Source: Actinomycetes bacterium
Lineage (GTDB): Bacteria; Actinomycetota; Acidimicrobiia; Acidimicrobiales; JANYDT01
Length of the DNA stretch: 46,596 bases
Direction: 5' to 3'
Assembly: GCA_031368095.1 (NCBI GenBank)
Contig: JANLQX010000376.1
Coordinates: 1 to 46,596, forward strand
A program made the translations under genes and the position numbers. Below, one piece after another: positions 32,236 to 42,559 of this stretch; the stretch's first letter is position 1; every line of letters begins with the position of its first letter. The notes beneath the pieces are model-generated. The model ran no database searches, was not told the origin of the DNA, and saw only the letters and a list, made by a program, of their open reading frames with translations.

Positions 32236-34353
32236 GTGAGCGCTGATTGGCGACTCGCCGTGGACATCGGAGGCACGTTCACCGATGTTGTGCTGCTCGA
32301 CGCCAGCTCGGGCCAGGTCGTGGTCGATAAGACGTTGACGACGCCATCAGCCCCGCTCGACGGCGTTCGTACAGGTGTACGTCAGCTCCTGGCCAAGGCC
32401 GGCGTGCAACCGGCCGACATCACGGCCCCGATCGTGCACGCCACCACGCTCATCACCAACGCGCTCATCGAAGGCAAGATCGGTCGAGCCGGCGTGGTCA
32501 CGACGGGCGGCTTCGGCGACACCCTGCTCATCCGCAACGAGCATCGGTACGACATGTACGACCTGCAGATCGAGTTCCCTGCGCCGCCGGTGCCGCGCGA
32601 CCGCGTCGTCGAGATCCCCGAGCGAACCACGCCGGCCGGCGTTGTCATCGATGCTCCGCGCGCTAATGACCTTGCCGCCATCACCGAGCAGCTGCGCGCG
32701 GCCCATGTTGAAGCCGTCGGAGTGTGCCTGATCAACTCGTACGCGAACCCGGCGAACGAGCGGACGGTTGCCGAACACCTTCGTCGAGAGCTTGGTGTGC
32801 CGGTGTGCATCTCGGCGGACATCTCACCGCAGATTCGCGAGTACCCGCGGATGATAACCACGGCCTGTAACGCCGCCACCATGCCGGTCATCGGTCCCTA
32901 TCTCGATGAACTCCAGAAGTGGCTCGCGGCCGAGGGATTCGGTGGATCTGTCCTGATGATGCTATCCAACGGTGGTGTCGTTTCCGCCGACGACGCGGCG
33001 CGCGCCCCAATCCGGCTCGTCGAATCCGGCCCCGCCGCGGGTGCGCTCGCCGGGAGCTGGTTCGCCCGCCGACTCGGCGAACAACGTCTGCTGTGTTTCG
33101 ACATGGGTGGGACCACCGCCAAGTCGTGTCTCATCATCAATGGCGTACCCGAGCTCACCAACACCTTCGAGGTGGCTCGGATCTATCGGTTCAAGAAGGG
33201 ATCGGGTTTTCCGGTTTCTGTGCCGTCGATCGACCTCGTCGAGATCGGCGCAGGAGGAGGCAGCCAAGCGCGCGTCGATGATCTTGGTCTCCTCAAAGTT
33301 GGTCCGGAGTCCGCCGGGGCCGAGCCTGGTCCGGCGTGTTACGGGCGGGGCGCCACGGTTCCGGCGGTGACCGACGCCGACCTCACGCTCGGTCTCCTCG
33401 ACGCCTCGTTCTTCCTCGGCGGCGATATGGCGCTGGACACCGACGCCTGCCACGCCGCACTGGCATCCGTGGCCGACCGCCTCGGACTCTCCGTCGACGA
33501 CACGGCGGCGGGCATCGGCGAACTCGTCCATCAGAACATGGCCGCGGCGTCTCGGATGCATGCCGTGGAGCAGGGGGCTGACCTGCGCGGGATCACGGTG
33601 TTGGCATTCGGCGGCGCCGGTCCCATTCATGCCTGCGGCGTGGCTGAGCTGCTCGAATCGACCCGGGTGGTGTTTCCGGTGAACGCCAGCGTGCTGTCAG
33701 CATTCGGCACGCTGGTGACCCCGGTCCGGATCGATCTCGCCCGGAGCATGGTGCGTCCGCTCGACGCGTTCGAGGTGGCCGGACCCGACCTCGCGGCGCG
33801 CGATGCGATCCTGGAGGAACTCCGCAACGAGGGTCGTCGGGTCCTCGCCGCCGCCGGAGCTGATGGCGATCGAATTCGATTTCGCTATGGCGTAGATGCC
33901 CGCTATCTCGGCCAGGGCAACGAGATCACGCTGTGGGTCGGTGAGGGCGACTCGTGGCCGGTCTCCTACCGGCAGGTCGTTGACCTGTTCGAAGCCGACT
34001 ACCGACGGATCTACGGACTCACGATCCCCGACGTGCGGGTGGAAGCCGTGACCTGGCGTCTCTCAGCCTCCGCCGATGCCACCCAGGTAGAGCCCCGTAG
34101 CATCGTCGCGTCCGAGCCCGGCGTACCTATCCAACACCGCCCGGTGCGCTTTGCGCGAGGCCAGAAATCGATCGACACGCCGGTCTACCGCCGCAGTGAT
34201 CTTGGCCGGGGGCAACGCCTCGTTGGCCCGGCCATCGTCGAGGAGCGAGAGACCACGGCGGTCATCCGTCCTGGATGGACAGCGACCGTGGCCGACGACG
34301 GTTCGCTCATCGCCGACTGGACACCCTCCAGCAGTCAGGAGTTGCCGCGATGA
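32236..34353 (+). CDS. Hydantoinase/oxoprolinase subunit A (N-methylhydantoinase A-like)
   Basis: VDIGGTFTD, HATT, ESGPAAG, DMGGTT, IGAGGGS, GPESAGAEPGPACYG, AFGGAG. Confidence 0.93.
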   Translation: MSADWRLAVDIGGTFTDVVLLDASSGQVVVDKTLTTPSAPLDGVRTGVRQLLAKAGVQPADITAPIVHATTLITNALIEGKIGRAGVVTTGGFGDTLLIRNEHRYDMYDLQIEFPAPPVPRDRVVEIPERTTPAGVVIDAPRANDLAAITEQLRAAHVEAVGVCLINSYANPANERTVAEHLRRELGVPVCISADISPQIREYPRMITTACNAATMPVIGPYLDELQKWLAAEGFGGSVLMMLSNGGVVSADDAARAPIRLVESGPAAGALAGSWFARRLGEQRLLCFDMGGTTAKSCLIINGVPELTNTFEVARIYRFKKGSGFPVSVPSIDLVEIGAGGGSQARVDDLGLLKVGPESAGAEPGPACYGRGATVPAVTDADLTLGLLDASFFLGGDMALDTDACHAALASVADRLGLSVDDTAAGIGELVHQNMAAASRMHAVEQGADLRGITVLAFGGAGPIHACGVAELLESTRVVFPVNASVLSAFGTLVTPVRIDLARSMVRPLDAFEVAGPDLAARDAILEELRNEGRRVLAAAGADGDRIRFRYGVDARYLGQGNEITLWVGEGDSWPVSYRQVVDLFEADYRRIYGLTIPDVRVEAVTWRLSASADATQVEPRSIVASEPGVPIQHRPVRFARGQKSIDTPVYRRSDLGRGQRLVGPAIVEERETTAVIRPGWTATVADDGSLIADWTPSSSQELPR

Positions 34354-35942
34354 CCTTCGATGCGATCGAACTCGAAGTGCTCTGGCAGAGCCTTATCGCC
34401 ACCGTGAACGAACAGGCACGGGCCTTGCAACGTGCGGCGTTCTCGCCCATCGTGCGCGAGGCCGGTGACCTTGCCAATGCCGTGTTCGACCGTCGCGGTC
34501 GCATGGTGGCCCAGGCGGTCACCGGAACTCCCGGCCATATCAACTCCCTCGCCCGCGCCGCATCGGCCATGCTCGCCGAGTATCCAACGGACTCACTCGT
34601 TGAGGGTGACGTACTGATCACCAACGATCCGTACAAGACCGCAGGCCAGCTTCTCGACGTCACGGTGCTCTATCCGGTGTTCCGCCACGGTCGGGCTATC
34701 GCCTTCTTCGGCTCGACAATCCACCACACCGATGTCGGCGGATACGGAATCGGCGCCGGCGGACGCGACGTGTTCGAAGAGGGATTGTGGATCCCGATCC
34801 TGCGGCTCATGATCGCCGGTGAGCGAAACCATGACGTGTGGAAGTTCATTCTCTCGAACGTCCGTCAACCCGACCATATGGCCGGCGATCTTCACGCCCA
34901 GATGGCCAGCGGTGAAGTTGGGGCGCAACGTCTCAAGGCACTGTGCGACCGACATCATCTCGACGACATCGAGGCGTTGGCCGACGAGATCATCACCCGG
35001 TCCGAGGCGGCCACCAGGGCGAGCATTCGTGAACTGCCGGCCGGAACGTACCGGGCCAGCGCCGTTCTTGATCTCACCGACGGAAGCGTGATCGACATCG
35101 TATGTGCGATTACGGTTGATCCGGTTGCCGGGGAAATCCTGGTGGACTACGCGGGGTCGTCGGGCGCCAGTCCGTCGGGGATCAACGTGGTCCTCAACTA
35201 CACCCACGCCTACACCACGTTCACTATTCGCTCGGTCCTCAATCCCGAGCTTCCCAACAACCATGGGAGCTTGGCGCCAATCCTGGTCGAGGCACCCGTT
35301 GGCTCCATCGTCAACGCCGTTTCGCCGATGCCCGGCACCGCTCGGCACGTGGTCGGCATGTTTCTGCCGAATGCGTTGCTCAAGGCCCTGGCCCAGATCC
35401 GGCCTTTGCAGGCCATGGCCGAGGGATCGGGGGCCGTATGGACCATGCAGGTCAACGGTACCCACGACGACGGTCGTCCCTTCATCACGGCCATGTTCAC
35501 CTACGCCGGAGGGGTCGGCGCCCGTGCCACCAAGTCCGGCCTGTCGGCGTGCTCATATCCCACTGGTGTCTCCGCGGTACCGATCGAAGTGGTCGAAGCA
35601 TCGGCTCCTATCCGTTTCCTTCGAAAGGAACTGCGGATCGGCAGTGGCGGTCCTGGAGCGCAGGTTGGCGGCATGGGACAAACGATCGAGTTCACCGTTG
35701 ACACCGAACGGGCGTGGCAGCTCAATGCCGTCACCTCCCGTCTGTCGGACCCACCGCAAGGCCTGTTTGGCGGCGAGCCGGGCGCGGCCGGATCATTCAC
35801 CGTCAACGGTGAGGCCGTGCGGACCCAAGCGCGCATAACACTCAAGCCCGGCGATCACGTGCGCCTCGACCTTCCCGGGGGCGGCGGCTACGGCGCCGTG
35901 TCCTCCTTGAACAGTGAGGGAACCAATGACCGTTCTGACTGA
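34350..35942 (+). CDS. Hydantoinase B/oxoprolinase subunit B
   Basis: AFSPIVREAGD, NDPY, HHTDVGG, EEG, C-terminal PGGGGYG; ATGA overlap with subunit A. Confidence 0.93.
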   Translation: MTFDAIELEVLWQSLIATVNEQARALQRAAFSPIVREAGDLANAVFDRRGRMVAQAVTGTPGHINSLARAASAMLAEYPTDSLVEGDVLITNDPYKTAGQLLDVTVLYPVFRHGRAIAFFGSTIHHTDVGGYGIGAGGRDVFEEGLWIPILRLMIAGERNHDVWKFILSNVRQPDHMAGDLHAQMASGEVGAQRLKALCDRHHLDDIEALADEIITRSEAATRASIRELPAGTYRASAVLDLTDGSVIDIVCAITVDPVAGEILVDYAGSSGASPSGINVVLNYTHAYTTFTIRSVLNPELPNNHGSLAPILVEAPVGSIVNAVSPMPGTARHVVGMFLPNALLKALAQIRPLQAMAEGSGAVWTMQVNGTHDDGRPFITAMFTYAGGVGARATKSGLSACSYPTGVSAVPIEVVEASAPIRFLRKELRIGSGGPGAQVGGMGQTIEFTVDTERAWQLNAVTSRLSDPPQGLFGGEPGAAGSFTVNGEAVRTQARITLKPGDHVRLDLPGGGGYGAVSSLNSEGTNDRSD

Positions 35943-37095
35943 TGAGCTCCTGGCGTCGTTCGCCGACTCGATCACCGACGTTGCGCGCGCGCGTACAATG
36001 CCGCCGGAGATCTACACCTCCGAGGAGTTCCTCGCCTTCGAGCGACGGTCAGTGTTCGCCACGCAGTGGCAGTGCGTGGGCCGAGCCAGCCGCGTCCCCA
36101 ACGTGGGTGACTACTTCACCACCACGGTCAACGACGAGCGGGTCATCATTTCCAGGGCCAAGGATGGATCGATCCATGCCTTTTCCTCGGTCTGTCAGCA
36201 CCGTGGCATGGAGGTTGCCGACGACGAGGGCAACTGCAGCAAGTTCACCTGTCCGTATCATCTGTGGACATACGATCTGACCGGACGACTCCTCGGCGCA
36301 CCCGCCATGGAACGCACGGAAGGCTTCAACAAGTCGGACTTTCCGCTCCCCGCGCTCAAGGTCGAACAGTGGCTGGGCTTCGTCTTCGTCCACTTCCACG
36401 CCGACGCGCCGCCGCTCGGACCGTCGCTCGCCACGTACACGCCGTACCTGGAGCACTACGACTTGGACAACGCCGTGTGCCCGGGCACGTTCACCCTGGC
36501 GGATCTGCCCTGGAACTGGAAGGTGATGTTCGAAAACTTCAACGACGGCTACCACGCCAACAAGCTGCACCACACGATCCAAGACTTCTGCCCGAGCGAA
36601 CTGGCCGCTTTTCCGGTCACGTGGGAACCCGGTTCGAACGTGATCTTCCGCACGAACGGGTATACCCACATCGATGGCGGATTCAACGCCACCACCAAGG
36701 CGCTCCTCCCTATTTTCCCGGCGCTCACCGAAGAAGAGCGCACGCGATCCACCTTTGCCTTGATGCCTCCGACCCTTTGCTTCGGCACGGCGCCCGATCA
36801 GGCCTTCTTCTTCATCGTCCACCCGAAGACCGCCACCACCATCGATCTGGAAATCGGGTACCTGCTCCATCCGTCGGCGCTCGAGCATCCGATGTTTGAA
36901 CACCTTTTCGCCATGAGTGACGCCGGTGTGCAGGTCTTCGTTCGCCAAGACCAAGATGCCACCACCAAGGTCCAGCGGGGCATGGCCAGCCGCTTCGCCG
37001 CTCGCGGCCGCTACTCGTGGCAGGAGGAGTCCCACGTCCAGTTCAACCGCTGGCTCGTTCAGCACTACCGCGCTCACTGGCCGTCGTTGGACTGA
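35926..37095 (+). CDS. Rieske non-heme iron oxygenase alpha subunit (choline/betaine-oxygenase-like group)
   Basis: CQHRG...CPYHLW Rieske motif; NWKVMFENFNDGYHANKLH; QD...VQRG. Confidence 0.9.
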   Translation: MTVLTDELLASFADSITDVARARTMPPEIYTSEEFLAFERRSVFATQWQCVGRASRVPNVGDYFTTTVNDERVIISRAKDGSIHAFSSVCQHRGMEVADDEGNCSKFTCPYHLWTYDLTGRLLGAPAMERTEGFNKSDFPLPALKVEQWLGFVFVHFHADAPPLGPSLATYTPYLEHYDLDNAVCPGTFTLADLPWNWKVMFENFNDGYHANKLHHTIQDFCPSELAAFPVTWEPGSNVIFRTNGYTHIDGGFNATTKALLPIFPALTEEERTRSTFALMPPTLCFGTAPDQAFFFIVHPKTATTIDLEIGYLLHPSALEHPMFEHLFAMSDAGVQVFVRQDQDATTKVQRGMASRFAARGRYSWQEESHVQFNRWLVQHYRAHWPSLD

Positions 37096-37222
37096 GTCAG
37101 TATCGCCGCGACCGATGGATATCCTTCATCAGCAGCAACAGGTCCAGGGGATCCGTCGGCGATGTCTCAAACTCAGGGATGAGGAGCCCGAGATACCACT
37201 CTCAAGTGGGTACCCGAAGCAG

Positions 37223-38263
37223 TCAGCTCATCTTCACGACGAGTTTGCCGATGACTGAGCCGTGTTCGAGTCGGGCGAGGAGGCGGGGTAGCTCGTCGAA
37301 CGACGCCACTTCGTCAACGACCGGGACCAGCTTGGCGTCGTTCACGGCGGCGAGCATGAGGCCGACGTTGCGGGGGCGGTATCCACCCGAGCCGAGCAGT
37401 TGACGGCCCCACCAGTACACGTCGGTGAGCGCCAGTTCGACTCGAACTCCTGTTGTGGTCCCGCAGAAGACGAGACGCCCTTCAACGCCCAGCGCGTCGA
37501 CCGATGCCGCGAATTGCGCGGGGCCCACGTGGTCGATGATCAGGTCAGCGCCCCGGCCGTTGGTGAGTTCACGAACCGCGTTGGCGATGGTTGTCGGATC
37601 GCCGGAGTCGATCACGTGATCGCAGCCGATCGCTTCGATCTGCGCCATGCGTTGGGTGCCGCGCACCGTTCCGATAACCGTCGCGCCAACACGTTTCGCC
37701 AACTGAATCGCGGCCATCGACACCCCGGCGTTGGCCGCATTGACGACGACGACCTCGCCCGGTTGCACCTTGCCGACCGAAACCAGAGCCTGCCAGGCGG
37801 TGAGATAGGCGACTGGGATCGCCGCCGCTTGTTCGGCCGAGAGATGCGACGGCACCGGCCAACATCGATCGGCGGGAACAGCCACGTACTCGGCAAAACC
37901 GCCCTGGCGAGTTGAACCAATGGTCGCCAGCGTGGCGCAATACGGCTCTCGGTCGGACATGCACATCTCGCACGTGCGACAGGTGGTGACTGGATCGACC
38001 ATGACCGTGGACGACACGACCGCAGTGGCACCGTGGACGTCAGGACCGTGGGCCACGACCGTACCGACCACGTCCATGCCCGCCACGTGCGGGAGCGCGA
38101 ACCCCCGCACGAGCGGTGCCTGACGCTGCAAGAGATCGAGGCGATTCAGTCCGGCCGCTTCGACCTTGAGGAGGACCTCGCCCGGCCCGGGAACGGGCTC
38201 GGGGAGATCCTCGAACGAACACACCTCGGGGCCGCCATGGCCACGCTGCACATAGGCCTTCAT
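37223..38263 (-). CDS. Medium-chain (zinc-binding/QOR-like) oxidoreductase
   Basis: PGPGEVLLKVEAAGLNRLD, structural-Zn CxxCxxC...C, GGFAEY, TAWQAL, GKLVV. Confidence 0.9.
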   Translation of the reverse strand: MKAYVQRGHGGPEVCSFEDLPEPVPGPGEVLLKVEAAGLNRLDLLQRQAPLVRGFALPHVAGMDVVGTVVAHGPDVHGATAVVSSTVMVDPVTTCRTCEMCMSDREPYCATLATIGSTRQGGFAEYVAVPADRCWPVPSHLSAEQAAAIPVAYLTAWQALVSVGKVQPGEVVVVNAANAGVSMAAIQLAKRVGATVIGTVRGTQRMAQIEAIGCDHVIDSGDPTTIANAVRELTNGRGADLIIDHVGPAQFAASVDALGVEGRLVFCGTTTGVRVELALTDVYWWGRQLLGSGGYRPRNVGLMLAAVNDAKLVPVVDEVASFDELPRLLARLEHGSVIGKLVVKMS

Positions 38264-38284
38264 GACGCAGTCCCCCCGAGGTGT

Positions 38285-38368
38285 TTCATCACGTAGCGAA
38301 CTTCGCGAAGACGCTCTGCTTGCTGGTTGCCGACGCGTCCTTCATCACGCCCCGAACTTCGCGAAGAC
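38285..38368. repeat. Diverged 28-bp direct repeat (38285-38312 / 38341-38368) duplicating the 3' end of the substrate-binding gene
   Basis: ttcatcacgTAGcgaacttcgcgaagac vs ttcatcacgCCCcgaacttcgcgaagac (25/28). Confidence 0.9.
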
Positions 38369-39562
38369 AACCTTGCCGTCGGCTCCATAGAGCTTCGGCA
38401 CGATGGTCGCGTCGTAGGACTTGGGATCAGGAACCTTGAGGATTCCCGCCGCGGTGTACGCCGCCGTCTCGGCGTCGAGGACGGCGGGGATCACGGTGCC
38501 GATGGGTTGGCCGCCGAGTCCCTTGACGACCTCGGCCAACTCCTGCGTCCAGCGGAACGTTTCTCCGGCTTCGGTGAGATACGCCTGGTTGCCGGCGGCG
38601 TTGATCTGAGCCACGGAGATCTTCACCGCGGCAGCCGGATCGGCGACCGCGTCTTCCATGCCGTGCAACGCCGCGCGGGCAAAGTCTTCCACCACGGTCG
38701 GATTCTTTTTGGCGAACTCGGCCGAGGTGTACAGGATGCCGAAGCTTCCCGGGATCCCTTCGGCGGTCGGATCGAAGAGCTTGTATTTGACACCTGCTGC
38801 ATCAAGTTGGCCAGGCTCATTGCTCTTATAGACCGGGAACGCATCGACGAGGCCGATATGAACTTTCGGATCGAAGCCGTCGAGCAACACTTCCTTGTAG
38901 TCGGTTCCTCGCTTCAGTCCGGCCTTATCGAGCATGGCGACGATCGACGGAGGAATGTCGCCCTTCACGCCAATGGTCTTGCCTTTCAGATCGGCGAGTG
39001 AGGCCAGTGCCGGGTCTTTGGCGACCAAAGCTTCAATAGGCGTCTTGCCGTAGTCGATGAACGCCGTAAACGCGGCGCCGTCTTTGGAGAAGTTGACGAG
39101 TTCGGTATACGAACCGGCCGACGAGAACTGCACTTTCCCGCTCGCTACGAGTGGATAGTTCCCGGTGGAAAACCCCGGCTTGAGGTCCACGTCGAGACAG
39201 AGGTCGGCGAAGTACCCCTTCTCCTTGGCGACGACAACATCGATGATCGATGCGGCGGCGGCGAAGTCGAAGCTCGACGAATAGGTGAGCTTGCCAACCG
39301 CTTTGTTGGCGGCGCAGCGGGCGGCGGCGTCGGCAATCCCTCCGGTGGCGGCGACCGCAGTGGTTTCGACAGCAGGAGCTGCGGTGGTGTCAGCCGCCGG
39401 CGCGGCGGTCGTTTCGGCGGCCGGGGCAGCCGTGGTTTCAGCGGCCGGCGCGGCGGTGGTTTCCGCGGGTGCAGCCGTGGTGTCGGCAGCTTTATCGCTG
39501 CTGCACGAGGCCAGGACAAACAGTCCTGTGCACACGATGGACAGGGCAAGTCTTGGCTTCAC
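38345..39562 (-). CDS. ABC substrate-binding lipoprotein, NMT1/THI5-like
   Basis: Lipobox LASC, AAPAAETT repeats, VAKEKGYF..LCLDV, LADLKGKTIGV, SNEP. Confidence 0.85.
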   Translation of the reverse strand: MKPRLALSIVCTGLFVLASCSSDKAADTTAAPAETTAAPAAETTAAPAAETTAAPAADTTAAPAVETTAVAATGGIADAAARCAANKAVGKLTYSSSFDFAAAASIIDVVVAKEKGYFADLCLDVDLKPGFSTGNYPLVASGKVQFSSAGSYTELVNFSKDGAAFTAFIDYGKTPIEALVAKDPALASLADLKGKTIGVKGDIPPSIVAMLDKAGLKRGTDYKEVLLDGFDPKVHIGLVDAFPVYKSNEPGQLDAAGVKYKLFDPTAEGIPGSFGILYTSAEFAKKNPTVVEDFARAALHGMEDAVADPAAAVKISVAQINAAGNQAYLTEAGETFRWTQELAEVVKGLGGQPIGTVIPAVLDAETAAYTAAGILKVPDPKSYDATIVPKLYGADGKVVFAKFGA

Positions 39563-39614
39563 AATGAACTCCTTCGTCGGGATACTGCGGGGTGGTGGTT
39601 AGTGGAACGAGAGG

Positions 39615-40415
39615 TCATGAACGCTGCGAGGCATGGCCGCGCAAAGCCATCCGTTCGAGACCGGAGATCAGGAGCGTGGCGACCGAACCGAGTAGGGCGA
39701 GCGTGAAGATCGATCCCCACAGCTGGTCGACGAGATTTCGCGATTGGGCAACCTTCACCGCGTAGCCGAGGCCGTTTGCCGTGAGCGCAAAGAACTCGCC
39801 AAGGACGGCACCGATCAACGAAAGACCCACGTTGATCTTGGCCGCCGAAAGCAAATAGGGCAAGGAGGAGGGAATACGCAATCGACGAAGGATCTCGAGT
39901 TCGCTGGTGTCGACCGATCGCGCCAATTCAAGGAGCAGGGGGTCAACGGACCGTAAACCGGCGATGCCGTTCACGAGGAACGGAACGAAACAGACGAGTG
40001 CGGTGATGGTCAGGATCGAGCGCAGCCCCGGCCCGAGCCAAATCACAATCGCGGGCGCATAGGCGATGATCGGAGTGACCTGGATGAGCACACTGATCGG
40101 GAGGCCGGCGCGTTCGACGAAGCGACTGCGGGCCATGATGGCGGCGAGGATCATGGCGACCACGAACGAGAGCGTGAAACCGAGAAACGCCTCCCACAAC
40201 GTGGCCCGAGCGTTCGACACATAAAAGCTTGGATCATCAGCCATGTGCTTCACGATCGACCACGGACCGGGAAGCACGAAACGCTTGATGTCGAACACCG
40301 TAACGAAGGCCTGCCAGAACCCCAGGAAGCCGAGCACACCAACAACGGGCGCGAGCGACAGGAGGGAGAGACGCGGCAGCTCGGATCCCTTCGTCGACAC
40401 GACCGGCGCGCTCAT
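39615..40415 (-). CDS. ABC permease (SsuC/TauC-like)
   Basis: QVTPIIAYAP, GLRSVDP, IPSSLPYL, LIGAVLGEF, GLGY; ATGA overlap with the ATPase. Confidence 0.9.
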   Translation of the reverse strand: MSAPVVSTKGSELPRLSLLSLAPVVGVLGFLGFWQAFVTVFDIKRFVLPGPWSIVKHMADDPSFYVSNARATLWEAFLGFTLSFVVAMILAAIMARSRFVERAGLPISVLIQVTPIIAYAPAIVIWLGPGLRSILTITALVCFVPFLVNGIAGLRSVDPLLLELARSVDTSELEILRRLRIPSSLPYLLSAAKINVGLSLIGAVLGEFFALTANGLGYAVKVAQSRNLVDQLWGSIFTLALLGSVATLLISGLERMALRGHASQRS

Positions 40416-41191
40416 AGGTGGTGCTCTCTGAGGTCGGCCCGGAGTTGGCGGACGTGTTCGTGAAAGGCTGGCGCATCTTCCAGGTCGGCCGTGCGCGGAC
40501 GGGGCAGCGAGATGGTACGCATGGCCGCCACTCGACCCGGACGCGCCGCCATGACGACCACGCGGTCGGAAAGGATCACCGCTTCCGGAATTGAATGCGT
40601 CACAAAGATCACCGTGGATCCGGTGCGCGACCACAGGTCGAGCAGCAGGTATCGAGCATCGGCGCGAGTGATTTCGTCGAGCGCGGCGAACGGCTCGTCC
40701 ATCAACAGGACCGGAGCACCGAGGGCAAAGCCGCGCACCAGGGCAACTCGCTGTTGCAGGCCACCGGAAAGTTCGTGCGGGTAAGCCTGTCGGAAGTCAC
40801 GAAGGCCAACGGCGTCGACCAGTTCACTAACCCGGTCGGCCGAGAGAGCCGTGCGACCAGCCTTGGCATTCAGCGTCGCCAGGAACGAAATGTTGTCCTC
40901 GACGGTCCGCCATGGCACCAGCGCAGGGGCCTGCGGCACCAACCCGAATTGCTTGGCCCGCCGAGCCGAATGGGGTCCGGCGCCGTTGACCGAGACCGCG
41001 CCCTGATCCGGCTCGATCAGGCCGCCGATGATACGCAACAAGGTGCTCTTGCCGCACCCCGAAGGTCCGAGCAGGGCAACGAACTCGCCGCTACGGATCG
41101 TGAGGTCCACGCCCGTAAGCGCATGGGTGGACCGACCTCTCGTCTGGAACGTCTTGGCGACTCCCTCGATGGCCACGGTCGCGCCGTTCAC
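40412..41191 (-). CDS. ABC ATP-binding protein (TauB/SsuB-like)
   Basis: GPSGCGKST, YPHELSGGLQQR, LMDEPFAALD, FVTHSIPEA. Confidence 0.95.
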   Translation of the reverse strand: MNGATVAIEGVAKTFQTRGRSTHALTGVDLTIRSGEFVALLGPSGCGKSTLLRIIGGLIEPDQGAVSVNGAGPHSARRAKQFGLVPQAPALVPWRTVEDNISFLATLNAKAGRTALSADRVSELVDAVGLRDFRQAYPHELSGGLQQRVALVRGFALGAPVLLMDEPFAALDEITRADARYLLLDLWSRTGSTVIFVTHSIPEAVILSDRVVVMAARPGRVAAMRTISLPRPRTADLEDAPAFHEHVRQLRADLREHHL

Positions 41192-41565
41192 AACAGTCCC
41201 GCCTGCTCTTTGAACACGAGGCTGTCCCAGTAGTCAACTCGCTTGGCAACGAGAGCGTCTCGCACGAGGAAGCGCATCACGCCGCGCACGGCCACCGCAC
41301 GGTCGTTCACCGTCGCCCTCAGCACATAGGCGACCGCCACGCGGTCATCGTCGGCGAGGACGTCTTCGATGTCGTAGCGAAGCCCCGGCATCGACGCCAG
41401 AAAACCCGGCACTCGCGTTGCGTATTCGGATCGGCCGACGCAACCGCTGCCCAACGCTGCGGTGTGCTCGTTCACGAAGTCATCGGTGACCCACGCGACA
41501 ACATCTTCGGCGCTCCCCGACGCAAAGGCGGCCAGGTACTGCCGGCAGACATCCGACGAGTTCAC
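41188..41565 (-). CDS. SnoaL/NTF2-like protein
   Basis: YLAAFASG..VTDDFV, IEDVLADDDRVAV, RDALVAKRVDYWD. Confidence 0.8.
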   Translation of the reverse strand: MNSSDVCRQYLAAFASGSAEDVVAWVTDDFVNEHTAALGSGCVGRSEYATRVPGFLASMPGLRYDIEDVLADDDRVAVAYVLRATVNDRAVAVRGVMRFLVRDALVAKRVDYWDSLVFKEQAGLL

Positions 41566-42041
41566 CCGCCCCAGACTTCCTGGGCCTTTTCATAGACACC
41601 CTGGTCGTAGGAGAACTCGATCATGTTGCCGTCGGGATCCGTAAGCGCACATATGTATCCGATCGGAGCCGGCATCCATTGCGGCTCCCACACCAGACAA
41701 CCATCGGCGCGACCGACTTCGGCGATGGCATCCACCTCGGCCTGCGTGGGCATCTCGAGGCCGATGTGGGCGAACGGCGCCATGATCGGCTGCTTACTCT
41801 TGTGCTGATCGCGGGTGAAACTCACGAGCACCAGGATGAACGGTTTGTCCGCCTGGTCGGGATGCCCGAGCCATGCGCCCTGTCCATCGGCGTCCTCTCG
41901 GCGATCAAGCAGTCGGAGCGGGGTGAACTTTTGGTACCAGGCAATGGTGGCATCGATGTTCGTCGCTGGTAGGGCGATGTGGGTCCACCGCACCCCGGTC
42001 GGGCGTCGGCGCTCATCAGTTGCGGTGACGATCTCACTCAT
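41562..42041 (-). CDS. VOC/glyoxalase family protein
   Basis: WTHIAL...IDATIAWY, FAHIG, DPDGNMIEFS. Confidence 0.85.
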   Translation of the reverse strand: MSEIVTATDERRRPTGVRWTHIALPATNIDATIAWYQKFTPLRLLDRREDADGQGAWLGHPDQADKPFILVLVSFTRDQHKSKQPIMAPFAHIGLEMPTQAEVDAIAEVGRADGCLVWEPQWMPAPIGYICALTDPDGNMIEFSYDQGVYEKAQEVWGG

Positions 42042-42522
42042 GAGTAAATCCGTCTGGCACGACCGGGTCGGTTCCGCCTTTGGTCCACACCACAATGGTG
42101 GTGCCCCATGGGTCCTCGAACGCTCCGTTGAAGCCGTTGAACTCCTTCCAGTAGTGCTTCCGCCAGAGCACCGTGGCTCCGCGGGCTTCGGCCCGAGCCA
42201 GGATCGCATCTTCGGAGTCGTCGTCACTCACCAGGATCCACACCCGGGGGCTGCGACCACCTCCCTGGAGTTGACGGGGGTCCACCCCAGCAGGTTCAGG
42301 ATGAGGCCGAGCGTTGGCAACGTCGAAGAAGCCGACGTGAAGATTGCCGACCGGAGAATCGGCGCCGTCATCGAGCGGGAAATACCCGCCGGGAACTCCG
42401 CGGTGGAACACCCCGGTCGGACGCCCCTCGACCTCCCAGCCGAACACGTCGCCGTAGAACTTGGCGCACGCCTCCACATCGTTGGAGGGGAAGTCAACGA
42501 AAATCAGTGTGTTGGGCTTCAT
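42034..42522 (-). CDS. VOC/glyoxalase family protein
   Basis: CAKFYGDVFGWE, AEARGA, FEDPWG; ATG 6 nt after TAGGTT. Confidence 0.82.
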   Translation of the reverse strand: MKPNTLIFVDFPSNDVEACAKFYGDVFGWEVEGRPTGVFHRGVPGGYFPLDDGADSPVGNLHVGFFDVANARPHPEPAGVDPRQLQGGGRSPRVWILVSDDDSEDAILARAEARGATVLWRKHYWKEFNGFNGAFEDPWGTTIVVWTKGGTDPVVPDGFTHE

Positions 42523-42541
42523 GCGGTGAACCTAGCAGCGG

Positions 42542-42559
42542 TGGACTGATGGTCAGACC
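42542..42559. promoter_or_regulatory. Second copy of the FadR-type operator, upstream of the VOC-ABC operon
   Basis: tggactgatggtcagacc = reverse complement of 31093-31110. Confidence 0.75.

Noticed and set aside
37096-37222. Spacer between the convergent operons with a small hairpin and a coding-like minus-strand stretch
   Set aside because: No convincing start, RBS or recognisable homology; cannot support a gene or RNA call.
39340-39490. Roughly 24-bp tandem repeats, superficially array-like
   Set aside because: They encode the AAPAAETT linker of the lipoprotein; no unique spacers and no cas genes, so not CRISPR.
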